Below, one piece after another: positions 51,180-61,951 of a stretch of DNA of 64,000 bases. Location of the stretch: contig JBBCAX010000034.1 of NCBI GenBank assembly GCA_051382335.1, positions 20,512 to 84,511 of the forward strand. The letters run 5' to 3'. The translations under genes were made by a program, and so were the position numbers. The notes beneath the pieces are model-generated. The model did no database searches and was not told the origin of the DNA. It saw only the letters and a program-made list of their open reading frames with translations. The DNA is from Deltaproteobacteria bacterium TL4 (GTDB lineage Bacteria > SAR324 > NAC60-12). How positions within the stretch are numbered: the first letter of the stretch is position 1; each line of letters starts with the position of its first letter.

Positions 51180-54100
51180 TTAATGACTAAAACTGTTTTG
51201 TGCTCCACACGTCCCATCTAATGCCCTACTCGATGGATCAATAATGCCGCCATTTACCAGATAAGTCAGCATCTGACTTTGAAGACGACAGGTCGCTGTT
51301 GTTTTACTATCAATCAGCGAACCATGACCTGGTACATCGGATGCGCCTGAGGTGGTCGCGGAATAATCGGTTTTTACAATCCACCTTACCCGGCTGTCCG
51401 CCTGCGTGCCATCACCATCGGTATGATCGGTCAAGCCCATACTTTGTGCCACCAACTCTGTATTAGCGTTAGGAATCGTTGCGTCGCCTGTGATTTGTTG
51501 CAGCAAAACGCCTGTTGGAGATGTTGTATTGGTAACTGCCAGGACATCAGCATTCCCTTTGGCTAAAGCATGGGTCGTCAACAAATCAATTCCCAACACA
51601 GTGGCGAACAAGGTACTTGAGTTTGGCGTCAAACTTAATGAAGCAGCAATACCTGAAAGAATACTGGGTCCGAAGTTGCCACTAAGCAGGATATCAGCAA
51701 GATCTCCTCCTGGCACATTGAGCACGTAGCGAGTTACAGGAAGTGTATTTGCGCCACTTGCTCCTGATGAGCCAAGAATTCCTCCAAAAATGGCACCTAA
51801 GGAGTGTCCTACATAGTGAGTAGGAATCGCACCACTGCCTCCGACCGCGCCCAAAAGCTCAGCATTAGCCTTACTCATAACAATGAGTTTAGTAATATCC
51901 ATTAAGGATTGAATCATATACCCTGTGGTCAAGGAAGGATTATCAGGCCGAATGAAGGCTCTGCCAGAATCGCCTGCATCACTTGCAGCTTCGTCTTCAA
52001 CGGTGCCATCACCATCCGCATCCTCATAGACACGCTCTCCATGACCCCAAGCGTCAATCGCCAAGGTGATGAAGCCTTGACTCGCAAGGGTATTGGCTAC
52101 AGCAAAGACATCGTTCTTGTTTCTGGTGATCCCATGTTGATAAATAACAACGCCTGTCACTGCCGCTGTCGGAACAATGGCCCAAAACGAAATATTTCCA
52201 GCGAACTCAGTCGTTAAATGAGGACTGTCTGTTTCAGGGGTTGCCGCTCTATTGGCAAGATCAAGCTCCCAAGCTGTACCTGTATTCGCCAAGAAATTGT
52301 TACTAGGATAATACCCTTTGAGTATCTTATTAATGGCTGTTACAGGAGCACCGGTTTCTGAAATAGGGCTTTTAAAGTTGGCAGCATTCACGGAACTTGT
52401 ATCTATTGCACTCGCCGTAAACCAGCCAATATCCGCAGTCGCTGCATCCACAGCATTTCCAGCTTTTGCCTTCATCGCATTGACGGCCGTCACTGTTGCC
52501 GCAGCAACATTGGAATCAATCGTTTCCGTCGTAAAGGTCATCATGGACGCGATATCATCAGCACTGGTTAAGAGGCTGGACGCAACCAAGGCAGAAAGCA
52601 AAGAATTGTATCCACTTCTCAGAGCTTCCAGCCCATCGACTGTCGCCTTGTCACTGCTTGCAACCAAGGAGAGCTTCACATCACCATGACTGTCAATCAA
52701 CGCAGAGGAGAGTTTTAAGATTGAAAGTAAGGTTTGTTCTTCAACCGTTGAGCCCGTTCCCGTGTTATCGTTCAGTGCTTTTTTAACCAGGATCGCATAT
52801 TTTTTAGCATAAGTCAGGGTACTTGCCCCAGGAACCAAAACCAAATCATAGTTTGCGTCCTGATAGATGGCTTTAAATACGCCGCCAGCGGTAGTAACCG
52901 TGGTAGGAGTCACCACACCTATTGCCGCATCGGTAATATCCAGTAAAAGAACATTGGTTGCGATTACAGTAGCATCCGTTGTGATCGGTCCGTCAAAAGG
53001 AATTCGAATGTTATACTTCGGATCAATTCCCGTTAAGGAGTCTTTTCCCGCGGCGACTAAGGACGGATTCACTTTACCCAGAATCAAGTCATTCGGCATC
53101 GGCAATTCACCGGTATCTGACGGATCATACAGAGCCATTACCTTACTGCTGGTTGAGAATGTCGTGACCATAACCACATCCGCTGGAGAAACACCACTTC
53201 CTGCTCCTGTAATCACAGCATTGACTTCCGCTCTCATGGATTCCAACATACCGACAGTTGCCGCATCTTTGCCGGCAAGTAAGGGGAATTTGGTAATAGC
53301 AGAAGTTCGTTTCAGCATACTGAAAACCAAATCTTCACCGGTTGCAACGGGTGTGGCTTGAGCATCTTTCAAAGAATTCGTAATCAAAATCGCATAGCGT
53401 GCTCCCGCGGCAAAAGTATCTTTCTTAGGAATCAACACCAGATTCTTTGTGGCACTGTCCTGATACACACCTTTAAAGGTTCCACTATCGGTCACTCCAC
53501 TTTGAGCAGACAGTAAGGAAGTACCGACATATTCAGGAAGTGGAAGAATTCCTGAATCTACATACGCACTACCTTGCAGTATTAAAATCTTAACCGCTGC
53601 TTTCCACTCGTCAATATTAGTTTGAGAGGTAAAGGCCGGCACTGTGATATCTCCATCAAACGGAATTTTGATAGCGCCTGAGCGACTCCAGGGAATCACT
53701 TGTCCATTGGCCAAGAGGCTTATTTTACCCAGCTTTTGAGTAATTGAGGAAAGTGACGCTGTATTAGGCACAGGAACTCGGGCCGAGGTAGATTCAAACT
53801 GAGCGACAACTCCAGAACGTGTTGCGAAAGTAAAAAGCATCGCGACGTTATCCCGGGAAACTCCACCGGCAGCCAATGCGGTCAAAATACTGCTTGCCCC
53901 ACCTTGTAACGCCGCTAAACTGGCGATTGTTGACGCAGATTCACTTTTAAGTAAGAGAAAATTGCTGGACAAGGTTCCTGTATGCTTCACCATGCGGAAA
54001 ACAATGGAACTTCCAATCGCTTTTCCATTGGAATCTTTCATGTTATTGGTAACCACCACAGCATAGGGCATTCCTGCCGCTAAAGTATTCGTGCCAGGAA

Positions 54101-57100
54101 CCAGGATTAAATCATTGGTGGTTGAGTCAAAACTAATCGACTGGAACAGCTTTCCGCCCTCAGCACACGTTTTACCGCTTGCGTCCGTATAGGTTGTTCC
54201 GTGGGGATATTCACAAGGTAACGCATCAATGACACTATTATTCGCGAGATTGATCAGCCAGATACTTTGCTTCCATGTTGTTACTTCTGTGCTAGTCAGC
54301 GCATCACCATTAAATGGGGTGGAAATGGCACCATCAAAGGGGATAGAAAGCGTTGTCATTCGGCTCATTCCCAGCGTCAATCCTGCCGTGGGTAACCCTG
54401 TACTTGCGACAGAAGCGACAGAACCGCCAAAAGCACCCAGGATCGTAGGCAAGGCCGCGACGTTTGGTGTAGCGACTCGGCCTGTTGCAGAATCCAATTG
54501 AGGCTCAACATTTGCTTGGGTAGTAAACGTTACCATCGAAGCCACATCGTTTGAGCTGGTCAACGTTCCAGCACTAATCAAGGCCGTCATTAAAGTGTTG
54601 TAACCCCCTCGTAAGGCTTCCAGCCCCAGAATGGTTGCTTTGTCACTTGTTTCAACAAGGGACAGTTGAACAAAACCGTTGCTGTCAATCAAAGCTTTTG
54701 GAGATTTCAAGATAGACGTTAAGGTTTGTTCTTCAACCGTTAGGGTTCCTGTCGCATCAGGCAAGGTCTTTTTAACAATCACCGCATATTTATTACCCCG
54801 CTTTAACGCATTGGTATTTGGTTTGAGGGTTAAGTTATGACTACTGTCTTGAGTCACTATAAAATTTCCGCTTAAAGAAACTAGAACCCCTCCTGCCGTA
54901 ACATCCAAAACGAACACATTGGCCGCTAAATTCGTAGCGTCGGTTGCAACAGCGCCATCAAAAGGAATTTTAATCGCGGTGTTGCGATGCAATCCTATGA
55001 TACTCTGAGCCGCTGTATAACCGAAAGCGCCATTAATTTTAGAGGTCACCAGATCATTTGGAGATGGCAGGATTGAGGTATCTGAATCATAAAGCGCAAT
55101 AGGACTTGCGCTGGTTGTAAAGGTTGTTGCCATGACTACATTAGCCGCGGCTACACCACTTGCCGCAATCGCGGCCACATATTCCTGCCTCATACCTTCC
55201 AGTAAATTGACGGTCGCTGTATCTTTGCTGGCCAACAAAGGAAAGTTGGTTAAAGCTTCAGAACGCTTGAGCATACTGAACACCAGGTCTTCTCCAGCGG
55301 CAACCGGCGTGGCTTGTGTGTCCATGATGGAATTGGTCACTATTACCGCATAGCGTGTTCCCGCAGCCAAAGCATCCAGGCTTGGAACCATAATCAGCTC
55401 TTTGGTCGCGCTGTTCTGAGAAATTGAAAATTTGGTTGCGGCAATACCTGAATCCACCCACGTTCCATCCGTACTGTTTTGAGCTACGATTTTGATCGCT
55501 GTGGTTACATCTGAAGGGAGAGTAATCGCACCATCAAAAGGCATTTTAATCGCTGCCGCCCGACTGACGGGAACACTGTTTTTTCCCAAAGTTTGAGCAA
55601 TGACACCCAACACCGCATTACTTGGATTCGGTACTCTTGAAGATCCGGAATCAAACTGAGCAACAACACCGGTCCTTGTTGCGAAAATGGCCACCATGTG
55701 GACATTGGCTCGATCAACATTACTGGTTTCTAACGCTGTCAGAACAGGAGCAATTCCTGCTTGTAAGGCAACCAAACTTGCTACTGTCGCATCATCTTTG
55801 CTTGCGAGTAAAGGAAACGCTTTACTTAAGGTTTCTTTTTGCTTCAACATCCGGAAAACAAGATTACTGCGAATAGATTTGCCACTGGTTGATTTCATGC
55901 TACTGGTCACAATCACCGCATATTGTCCTCCCGGCGCAAAGGTTGTTTCTGTCGGAACCAGGATTAATTCGTTTGTTATGGAACTAAATGAAATCTTCTT
56001 AAAACAGTTAGTTAATGGGTTAAGTACTGTTTCATGAGGATATTGACAAGGCAGAGCCGGAATCGATTTCGCGTTGACTAAATCCATCAGCCAGATGCTC
56101 TGATTCCAGGCCGTAAGTTCTTCAGTTGTTGGAGCGTTTCCATCAAAAGGAGTAACAATCGGTCCGTCGAAAGGAATGGAAATCGCGGTCATGTGCCCGA
56201 CACCTACTGGAGTCGTAGCAAGCCCTGTCCCAGCCATCGAAGCGACACTTCCTCCAAACGATGCCAATATTGTGGGGATAGTGGCCACGTTAGGGGACAC
56301 CAGCCTTCCTGAGTCGGAATCAAGTTGAGCAACCACATCAGCATTCGGGGTAAAGGTTGTTAAAACCGCGACACTTTTCCTTGGAATGCCAGCAGCTTCC
56401 AGTCCCTCGTAAAGAGGCGCATAACTTTGACGAATCGCCTCTAAGGTTTTTGCGGTTCCTGGTTTGGCTTTATCCGCGTCAATTAATAAAGCGTGAGGCT
56501 GTCCATTTTTAATCAACGACGTTTTGTTTTTAGTTAAGCCAAAAACCAATTCCTCTCCAATTCCCACTCCAGCAGAGTTTTTCAAGGATTTTGTCACCAC
56601 AACTACATATTTTTTCCCATGCTCAAAGGTTCCCAGCAAAGGGGTTAGCATCAAGGAGTTGGTGGTTGTATTGAAACTGACTTTCGCGAATTTTCCACCC
56701 TCAATGGTTGTTCCGCGTGGATATTCCGCAGGTAACGCGTAAAAGATGCTGCTGGGATCATCCGCGGGGAAAATGACAATTCCCTGTTTCCATGCCGCAA
56801 GTTCTTCGTCGGTTAAGGCGTTGCCATCAAACGGAGTTTGAATCGCGCCATTGAAAGGAATCGCAATAGTGGCTCCCGCATTCATGCCCAGAATATTCTC
56901 CTCTGTAGGGTTTGCCGGATCATACGCTATCCCAAAAGCACTGTTGATTGTTGAAAGTGATAAATCATTAGGAGTTGGAATTCTGCCTGTCGTTGAATTG
57001 AATTCAGCGACGGTACATCCTTCGCACTCCAAGGCCTTCTGATTATCTGCTGACGCGACTTGTTTTTCTTCGTTTGCCGTAACTTTCGGCGTTGGATCCC

Positions 57101-57203
57101 CTTTTGAACTCTTTACCAACTCTTCAGAACATCCTACAATCAGGAATAATCCCAAACAGATGGTTGCATATTTTAGCCATCGTAAACCATTATTCATAGT
57201 CAC
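51180..57203 (-). CDS. Giant lipoprotein: 7 tandem N-terminal repeats plus a C-terminal alpha/beta-hydrolase (Pla-1/cef-type lipase-like)
   Basis: Lipobox LIVGC; 7x D/ES...P.PN..IPFDG..YAV.V; VIYQHGIT, GHSLG nucleophile elbow, GDATIPN, GHGSLI. Confidence 0.8.
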   Translation of the reverse strand: MTMNNGLRWLKYATICLGLFLIVGCSEELVKSSKGDPTPKVTANEEKQVASADNQKALECEGCTVAEFNSTTGRIPTPNDLSLSTINSAFGIAYDPANPTEENILGMNAGATIAIPFNGAIQTPFDGNALTDEELAAWKQGIVIFPADDPSSIFYALPAEYPRGTTIEGGKFAKVSFNTTTNSLMLTPLLGTFEHGKKYVVVVTKSLKNSAGVGIGEELVFGLTKNKTSLIKNGQPHALLIDADKAKPGTAKTLEAIRQSYAPLYEGLEAAGIPRKSVAVLTTFTPNADVVAQLDSDSGRLVSPNVATIPTILASFGGSVASMAGTGLATTPVGVGHMTAISIPFDGPIVTPFDGNAPTTEELTAWNQSIWLMDLVNAKSIPALPCQYPHETVLNPLTNCFKKISFSSITNELILVPTETTFAPGGQYAVIVTSSMKSTSGKSIRSNLVFRMLKQKETLSKAFPLLASKDDATVASLVALQAGIAPVLTALETSNVDRANVHMVAIFATRTGVVAQFDSGSSRVPNPSNAVLGVIAQTLGKNSVPVSRAAAIKMPFDGAITLPSDVTTAIKIVAQNSTDGTWVDSGIAATKFSISQNSATKELIMVPSLDALAAGTRYAVIVTNSIMDTQATPVAAGEDLVFSMLKRSEALTNFPLLASKDTATVNLLEGMRQEYVAAIAASGVAAANVVMATTFTTSASPIALYDSDTSILPSPNDLVTSKINGAFGYTAAQSIIGLHRNTAIKIPFDGAVATDATNLAANVFVLDVTAGGVLVSLSGNFIVTQDSSHNLTLKPNTNALKRGNKYAVIVKKTLPDATGTLTVEEQTLTSILKSPKALIDSNGFVQLSLVETSDKATILGLEALRGGYNTLMTALISAGTLTSSNDVASMVTFTTQANVEPQLDSATGRVATPNVAALPTILGAFGGSVASVASTGLPTAGLTLGMSRMTTLSIPFDGAISTPFNGDALTSTEVTTWKQSIWLINLANNSVIDALPCEYPHGTTYTDASGKTCAEGGKLFQSISFDSTTNDLILVPGTNTLAAGMPYAVVVTNNMKDSNGKAIGSSIVFRMVKHTGTLSSNFLLLKSESASTIASLAALQGGASSILTALAAGGVSRDNVAMLFTFATRSGVVAQFESTSARVPVPNTASLSSITQKLGKISLLANGQVIPWSRSGAIKIPFDGDITVPAFTSQTNIDEWKAAVKILILQGSAYVDSGILPLPEYVGTSLLSAQSGVTDSGTFKGVYQDSATKNLVLIPKKDTFAAGARYAILITNSLKDAQATPVATGEDLVFSMLKRTSAITKFPLLAGKDAATVGMLESMRAEVNAVITGAGSGVSPADVVMVTTFSTSSKVMALYDPSDTGELPMPNDLILGKVNPSLVAAGKDSLTGIDPKYNIRIPFDGPITTDATVIATNVLLLDITDAAIGVVTPTTVTTAGGVFKAIYQDANYDLVLVPGASTLTYAKKYAILVKKALNDNTGTGSTVEEQTLLSILKLSSALIDSHGDVKLSLVASSDKATVDGLEALRSGYNSLLSALVASSLLTSADDIASMMTFTTETIDSNVAAATVTAVNAMKAKAGNAVDAATADIGWFTASAIDTSSVNAANFKSPISETGAPVTAINKILKGYYPSNNFLANTGTAWELDLANRAATPETDSPHLTTEFAGNISFWAIVPTAAVTGVVIYQHGITRNKNDVFAVANTLASQGFITLAIDAWGHGERVYEDADGDGTVEDEAASDAGDSGRAFIRPDNPSLTTGYMIQSLMDITKLIVMSKANAELLGAVGGSGAIPTHYVGHSLGAIFGGILGSSGASGANTLPVTRYVLNVPGGDLADILLSGNFGPSILSGIAASLSLTPNSSTLFATVLGIDLLTTHALAKGNADVLAVTNTTSPTGVLLQQITGDATIPNANTELVAQSMGLTDHTDGDGTQADSRVRWIVKTDYSATTSGASDVPGHGSLIDSKTTATCRLQSQMLTYLVNGGIIDPSSRALDGTCGAQNSFSH

Positions 57204-57524
57204 TCCCCAAAATAAATTATTGAAAAGATTATGGGTTAATAGCGAAGCAAACTTGTAGATCCTTGCCAGACCCTTGCCCCATCCAGAGCACTACTGAGCC
57301 AGACCTCGCCGAACAGTTTCCTATACAATTCAAGAGACGCCTCCCAAAAACAGGGCGAAACTTAATTCTTTAGGTATCTTTATCTGCTTGTAGTAAATTA
57401 GATTCGGGAATAGCAAGGAAAAAATACAAAGGGGTAATAATATTTTTTTGGATCGGAATTGAGCTTCAGGTTTAGAGTTTTTTAAACAAGTTTGAGTTGG
57501 AATCTGGCTGGAATCTGATAGTTT

Positions 57525-57731
57525 TTAAGGTGCGCCCAAGATCAGCGCACCAAAAGCCATTTGAATACGTTGATCAATTTCGTCACTAATTCCCAGGGCT
57601 TCCACAAAAATGAGCCGGGATAAACTGGGATCTCGGGCAAATAACTTGAATAACAAGCGACCAAGGTGATAGACTTGCTCTCGAGATTCGTCAATGGTGT
57701 TTGTTGCGTCAGGAGACTCAAAGGAAGTCAA
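57525..57731 (-). pseudogene. Fragment of a TetR-family regulator C-terminal domain
   Basis: DPSLSRLIFVEALGISDEID resembles TetR ligand domains; no HTH and no good start. Confidence 0.35.
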
Positions 57732-57882
57732 CCCTTTTTCTTAATTCAATCGTCATCACACACCGAATTTGGTTATCATAAAGTTTGCGTGACAGGCGAC
57801 AGACCAACGATGAATTTTGAAAAAGTCAAAGCACTCGCAAGTTACTACCACGGGGTCTCGGCAATTTTTTAAAAAATTGAAT

Positions 57883-58284
57883 TCAGCCTTTGTTTGGCTC
57901 GTGCTGAACATGAGGATAATCTAAAATTTTTTTATCTACAGTCATGAGTGGACAGCGGTAGTTTCTTGCTGTTGCGACAATCAACTGATCTGCTGGATCT
58001 CGATGAAAAACCCCTGGGAGTTGAGTTGATTCGATAATAATTTCTGGTGTTAGATCTATTAAGCGAATATGAGAAGAAATCAATGCTTGATGAAACCATT
58101 CTGCAATTGGACATGGCAACTCTAGTCGATGATATTGCACTAATTTTCCAATTTCCCAACAGGAAATAATGCTGACTCCTAATTCCTGTTCCTCGTGTTC
58201 CTGAAGATAGGTTTCATACTCTTTAGGTAATATTGCATCTCCATGAACCCACCATATCCAGATGTGTGTATCAAGAACAATCAC
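57883..58284 (-). CDS. PIN-domain (VapC-family) toxin
   Basis: IVLDTHIWIWW, SIISCWEI, HRDPADQLIVATA, LMTVDKKI; GTGA overlap with the upstream gene. Confidence 0.9.
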   Translation of the reverse strand: MIVLDTHIWIWWVHGDAILPKEYETYLQEHEEQELGVSIISCWEIGKLVQYHRLELPCPIAEWFHQALISSHIRLIDLTPEIIIESTQLPGVFHRDPADQLIVATARNYRCPLMTVDKKILDYPHVQHEPNKG

Positions 58285-58496
58285 TGTAGAACCTCCCAAG
58301 CTTCTACAGCAACAGGTTCCGTTGGATCCGTGTAATGTACAGGCTTTCCTCGTAATGGGTAGCGATTTGCAGTTATTGATGAGGACGATTGAGATAAAAT
58401 AATGACTTCAATAGATTCGCCAGAATGAAAAGGCAAATTCTCTAAAGTTAATTTTCTATCTTGTGTTAATATTGTTTCAACTCGATATGCTTGCAT
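58281..58496 (-). CDS. Putative antitoxin of the PIN toxin
   Basis: 71-aa ORF with a GGAGG RBS, translationally coupled to the PIN gene. Confidence 0.75.
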   Translation of the reverse strand: MQAYRVETILTQDRKLTLENLPFHSGESIEVIILSQSSSSITANRYPLRGKPVHYTDPTEPVAVEAWEVLQ

Positions 58497-58714
58497 ATAG
58501 GCCTCCAAAATGAGAAGGTAGACTATCCCTCCATTCCATTTCAATAAATACGTTCTCTTTATAATGCTTCGTTTGTGACACCGAGTCAAGTGTCCAGCTC
58601 AAGAGTTCCGAGTATTTTTTGAGTGATTTAAAAAACTTGAAATTCGATATGGAATGATCTGTTGAAACTTGTTATGTATAGAGGAGAAAGCTTAAACAAC
58701 AGCGACTAACAATA

Positions 58715-60736
58715 ATGACCAGCTCAGCAGCAATAATTATGAAATTACAGCTATACGCTCTTATTTTGTTCCTACTCCTTGGTTTCATGCCTTCAAGCGT
58801 GTGGGCACAGACAGAGAATAATCTTTCGGATGAAGAAGAAATCGGGCTGACAGAAGAGGAATTGATAGAATATGGATTGAAAGCGGATCAGAGTTCCGGA
58901 AAATCCCAGCAAAAGAAAGCTAGTCAATTGCCTGAAAAGGGCGATTTGGAGCATATTCCGGAATATGGAGCAGGATCCTATGAGGAAGTCGCCCCAAAGG
59001 CGCCAGGTAAGAAGTTCAAATATGAAATCCAGAAAGATAAACGAAAATATTATGATGAAGATGAGTATGATATAGGGGATCGACTTCCGGATGGTTCCAT
59101 TTATGGAGAAGAAACACCTCAGGAACAATCTAATCCCTTGGATTTTGGGAGTGAGAGTGAGTTTGAAGAAGAGGAGTGTGGAGACGATGAGGAGTGTGAT
59201 CAGGCTCAGGAGGAGTGTGAAGAAGAGGATGAAGACTGTCAAAGTGAAGAAAAATCTGAGAAACCTGAGAAACCTGAGAAACTTGAGAAACCTGAGAAAA
59301 AAGAAGAGTTGAGTATCAAACGGATTACAGTCAAGGCAGAAGAGGAAGAAGAAGACAAGCTTCCTATCACAGTTAAAGGCTATTTTTCCAGTCAGCTTGG
59401 GTATCGGCTTGAAAAGCAACTCCCTATTACGTCCGAAAGTACAACCTTTGTCCCTCCTGAAAAAGAAGGCTTTGGAACAGACCCCTCCTTAGTCAAGTTC
59501 CGTCAAACCTTAAGCTTGAATATTGAGCACACCTATAAATCGGGAGACAAATCCATGATTGGTCTTCGAGGTTTTACAGACAATGCTTATGGCATGGCAG
59601 GACGCGAAAACTTTGATGATGAAGTCCTTCGGGATTATGAACAAGAGATGGAGGTCACAGCGTTTTGGAAGGAAGGTTCATTTTTTGATTTTGCCGATAT
59701 GAAATTTGGGCGACAAGTCATCGTGTGGGGGGCTGCGGACGCGGGTTCTGTGACGGATATTATAAATCCGAGAGATTTGCGAGAACCCTTACTCACTGAT
59801 GTTGATGAACAACGTCTTTCCTTGGGTATGGTGAAGTTTGATTTCTATCCAACCCTGAAGTCCGATTTAACGGTGGTCATCATTGGGGAATTACGCTTTC
59901 ATAAACTGGCACCTCCCGGTGCTGATTTTAGTATCATTCCGCCACAACTGGTTTATGATGCGCTGATTGATTTTAAAGGGGAGGAATACCCTAAGCAAAG
60001 TATAGAAAACTGGGAACTTGCGTCACGATACAAATTTGACATTGAAAACGGCTCCATCGCGTTTGTCGCTGCTCAGGTTTGGGACGACACCCCCCATGTC
60101 GAGTATGAGGGCATCCGATTAAAACGCAGTGGGCCGGTTGGAGAGTTTGTCTTAAGACATGAGCGTGTTGAAGTTTTTGGTGTTGCGGCAACCTATGTAT
60201 TGGGAAGTTTTGTGCTGAAATTTGAATCCGCGTATACCCGAGGGCGTCGACAACTGCTGAGTACCGAAAAAATTCTTGAACAAATTGCCGCCTCCATCCA
60301 ACAAGAGTTGATTATTTTGCAATATCCGCAAAAGGCGGAATCCCGAATCATTCCTGAGGTAAGTGTCAAGAAGGGAGATGTTGGTTTTAACTTTGGTTTT
60401 GATTATACAGGAATCAGTCACTTGACCTTACTTTTTGAAATGACAGGCAAATATATTTACAAATATGAGGAAGACCTGGCAACAAAAGAGCTGACAGGTT
60501 CGTTAGTCTTCAATGCGAGTTACAGTATGCTGCGGGAAACACTACAGTTGAGTTACTCCAATTTCTATTCTGAGGATAATGGCTCGTTCCATCGTGTGGC
60601 GGCAATCTATCATGCCTTCGATTATTTACAGTTAGAAGGTGGCATCGCCGTTTATGAATTTGACAAATCAGAAAGTATTTTGCAGAATATTACAGATCAG
60701 GATCGGATTTTTCTGGGCGTTAAACTCAGTTACTAA
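58715..60736 (+). CDS. Outer-membrane beta-barrel (DUF1302-like) with a long acidic N-terminal extension
   Basis: Signal peptide, Glu-rich region, KFGRQVIVWGAAD..DIINPRDL, C-terminal DRIFLGVKLSY. Confidence 0.72.
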   Translation: MTSSAAIIMKLQLYALILFLLLGFMPSSVWAQTENNLSDEEEIGLTEEELIEYGLKADQSSGKSQQKKASQLPEKGDLEHIPEYGAGSYEEVAPKAPGKKFKYEIQKDKRKYYDEDEYDIGDRLPDGSIYGEETPQEQSNPLDFGSESEFEEEECGDDEECDQAQEECEEEDEDCQSEEKSEKPEKPEKLEKPEKKEELSIKRITVKAEEEEEDKLPITVKGYFSSQLGYRLEKQLPITSESTTFVPPEKEGFGTDPSLVKFRQTLSLNIEHTYKSGDKSMIGLRGFTDNAYGMAGRENFDDEVLRDYEQEMEVTAFWKEGSFFDFADMKFGRQVIVWGAADAGSVTDIINPRDLREPLLTDVDEQRLSLGMVKFDFYPTLKSDLTVVIIGELRFHKLAPPGADFSIIPPQLVYDALIDFKGEEYPKQSIENWELASRYKFDIENGSIAFVAAQVWDDTPHVEYEGIRLKRSGPVGEFVLRHERVEVFGVAATYVLGSFVLKFESAYTRGRRQLLSTEKILEQIAASIQQELIILQYPQKAESRIIPEVSVKKGDVGFNFGFDYTGISHLTLLFEMTGKYIYKYEEDLATKELTGSLVFNASYSMLRETLQLSYSNFYSEDNGSFHRVAAIYHAFDYLQLEGGIAVYEFDKSESILQNITDQDRIFLGVKLSY

Positions 60737-60775
60737 GGTAACGTGTTAGGGTTTGATCCCATTTCTTACCCCTAG

Positions 60776-60911
60776 GAGGCTGTCCGAGAATGGGTTGTAG
60801 GGTGCGCTTAAGCGAAGCGAGCGCACCAAAAAGCTTGCGTCCCCTTGTTTTGGTGCGCTCGCTTCGCTTAAGCAGCACCCTACTTTTAAATACCTATTCC
60901 CGGACAGCCTC
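60776..60911. mobile_element. MITE with GAGGCTGTCCG ends flanked by CTAG, enclosing an inverted REP pair
   Basis: CTAG|GAGGCTGTCCG...CGGACAGCCTC|CTAG; internal GTAGGGTGCGCTTAAGCGAAGCGAGCGCACC and its near-inverse. Confidence 0.75.
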
Positions 60912-61138
60912 CTAGGCTCATGTCAAAACTCCGCCTTGTAGTGGAGTAAGGCCGAGCCGTGAGAACCCACATTACGAGACAGAGTCTTGTAACAGGAAGG
61001 TAATGACGGTAACCGAAGTTAGGATCAAGCCCGAATATCAGTAGAGTCAGACGCAGAGGTGTAGGACTTTTGTGGATACTGACCTGAGATTATATCCTTG
61101 GATGTACTCTCATTTTCAAAAACAAAAAGGAGGACACT

Positions 61139-61948
61139 ATGAAGCGAATACTGTTATTGTTATTTGCGAGCTTATTGGCGTTTGAGGTTTATGCTCTCAC
61201 CGCTTACGAAATCATGAAAAAGGTAGATGCGCGAGAGACAGGTGATTCGAATAAGGGCAAAAGTACCATGATCTTAATTGACAAAAAAGGAAATCAAAGA
61301 AAACGTCAATTAGTCACGTATGCGGTACAACAACCGGAGGTCACCCGGGCTATTTTGTTTTTTGAGTCTCCTCCTGATATGAGTGGAACCGGGTTTTTAT
61401 CCTACAATTGGCAGGAAGCAGGAAAAGAAACGGATCAATGGCTTTACTTACCCGCTTTGAAAAAAGTGAAGCGTATTGCGGCTGGTGACCGTAGCGGTTC
61501 TTTTTTAGGTTCTGATTTTACTTATAGCGATATGAGCGGTACCGAGTTAGACGATTATACTTATAAGCTTTTAGGCGAGGAAAAAGTTCCTAAAAAAGTA
61601 AAGCCAGGTCAAGAACAACATGACACTTATCGAATCGAAGCCACTCCAAAAACGGAAGAGATCAAGCATGAATTTGGCTATCTGAAATCTCAAGTTTGGA
61701 TTGTGAAAGAGGCGTGGGTTGTGATCAAAGCCAAAAACTACCTGCTTAAAAAAGGAGGAACGAAACAAATGATTGGTAAGGATCTTCGCAACGTGAATGG
61801 AATTTGGACTTTATTCAGTACCAAAATGACAACCTATCAGGGGAAAAGCGCGCAACATGCCACCATTTTGCTGGTGGATGATGTACAATATAACCTTACT
61901 ATCGATCCAAGTATCTTTACAGAGCGCCAGCTCATCAAGGGCTTATAG
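61139..61948 (+). CDS. Outer-membrane lipoprotein-sorting (LolA-like) protein
   Basis: FESPPDMSGTGFL, DQWLYLPALKKVKRIA..SGSFLGSDFTYSD; AGGAGG RBS. Confidence 0.85.
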   Translation: MKRILLLLFASLLAFEVYALTAYEIMKKVDARETGDSNKGKSTMILIDKKGNQRKRQLVTYAVQQPEVTRAILFFESPPDMSGTGFLSYNWQEAGKETDQWLYLPALKKVKRIAAGDRSGSFLGSDFTYSDMSGTELDDYTYKLLGEEKVPKKVKPGQEQHDTYRIEATPKTEEIKHEFGYLKSQVWIVKEAWVVIKAKNYLLKKGGTKQMIGKDLRNVNGIWTLFSTKMTTYQGKSAQHATILLVDDVQYNLTIDPSIFTERQLIKGL

Positions 61949-61951
61949 GCA

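Noticed and set aside
59150..59300. GAGAAACCT and Glu-rich repeats as a separate element
   Set aside because: In-frame low-complexity linker (EKP repeats) of the outer-membrane protein.
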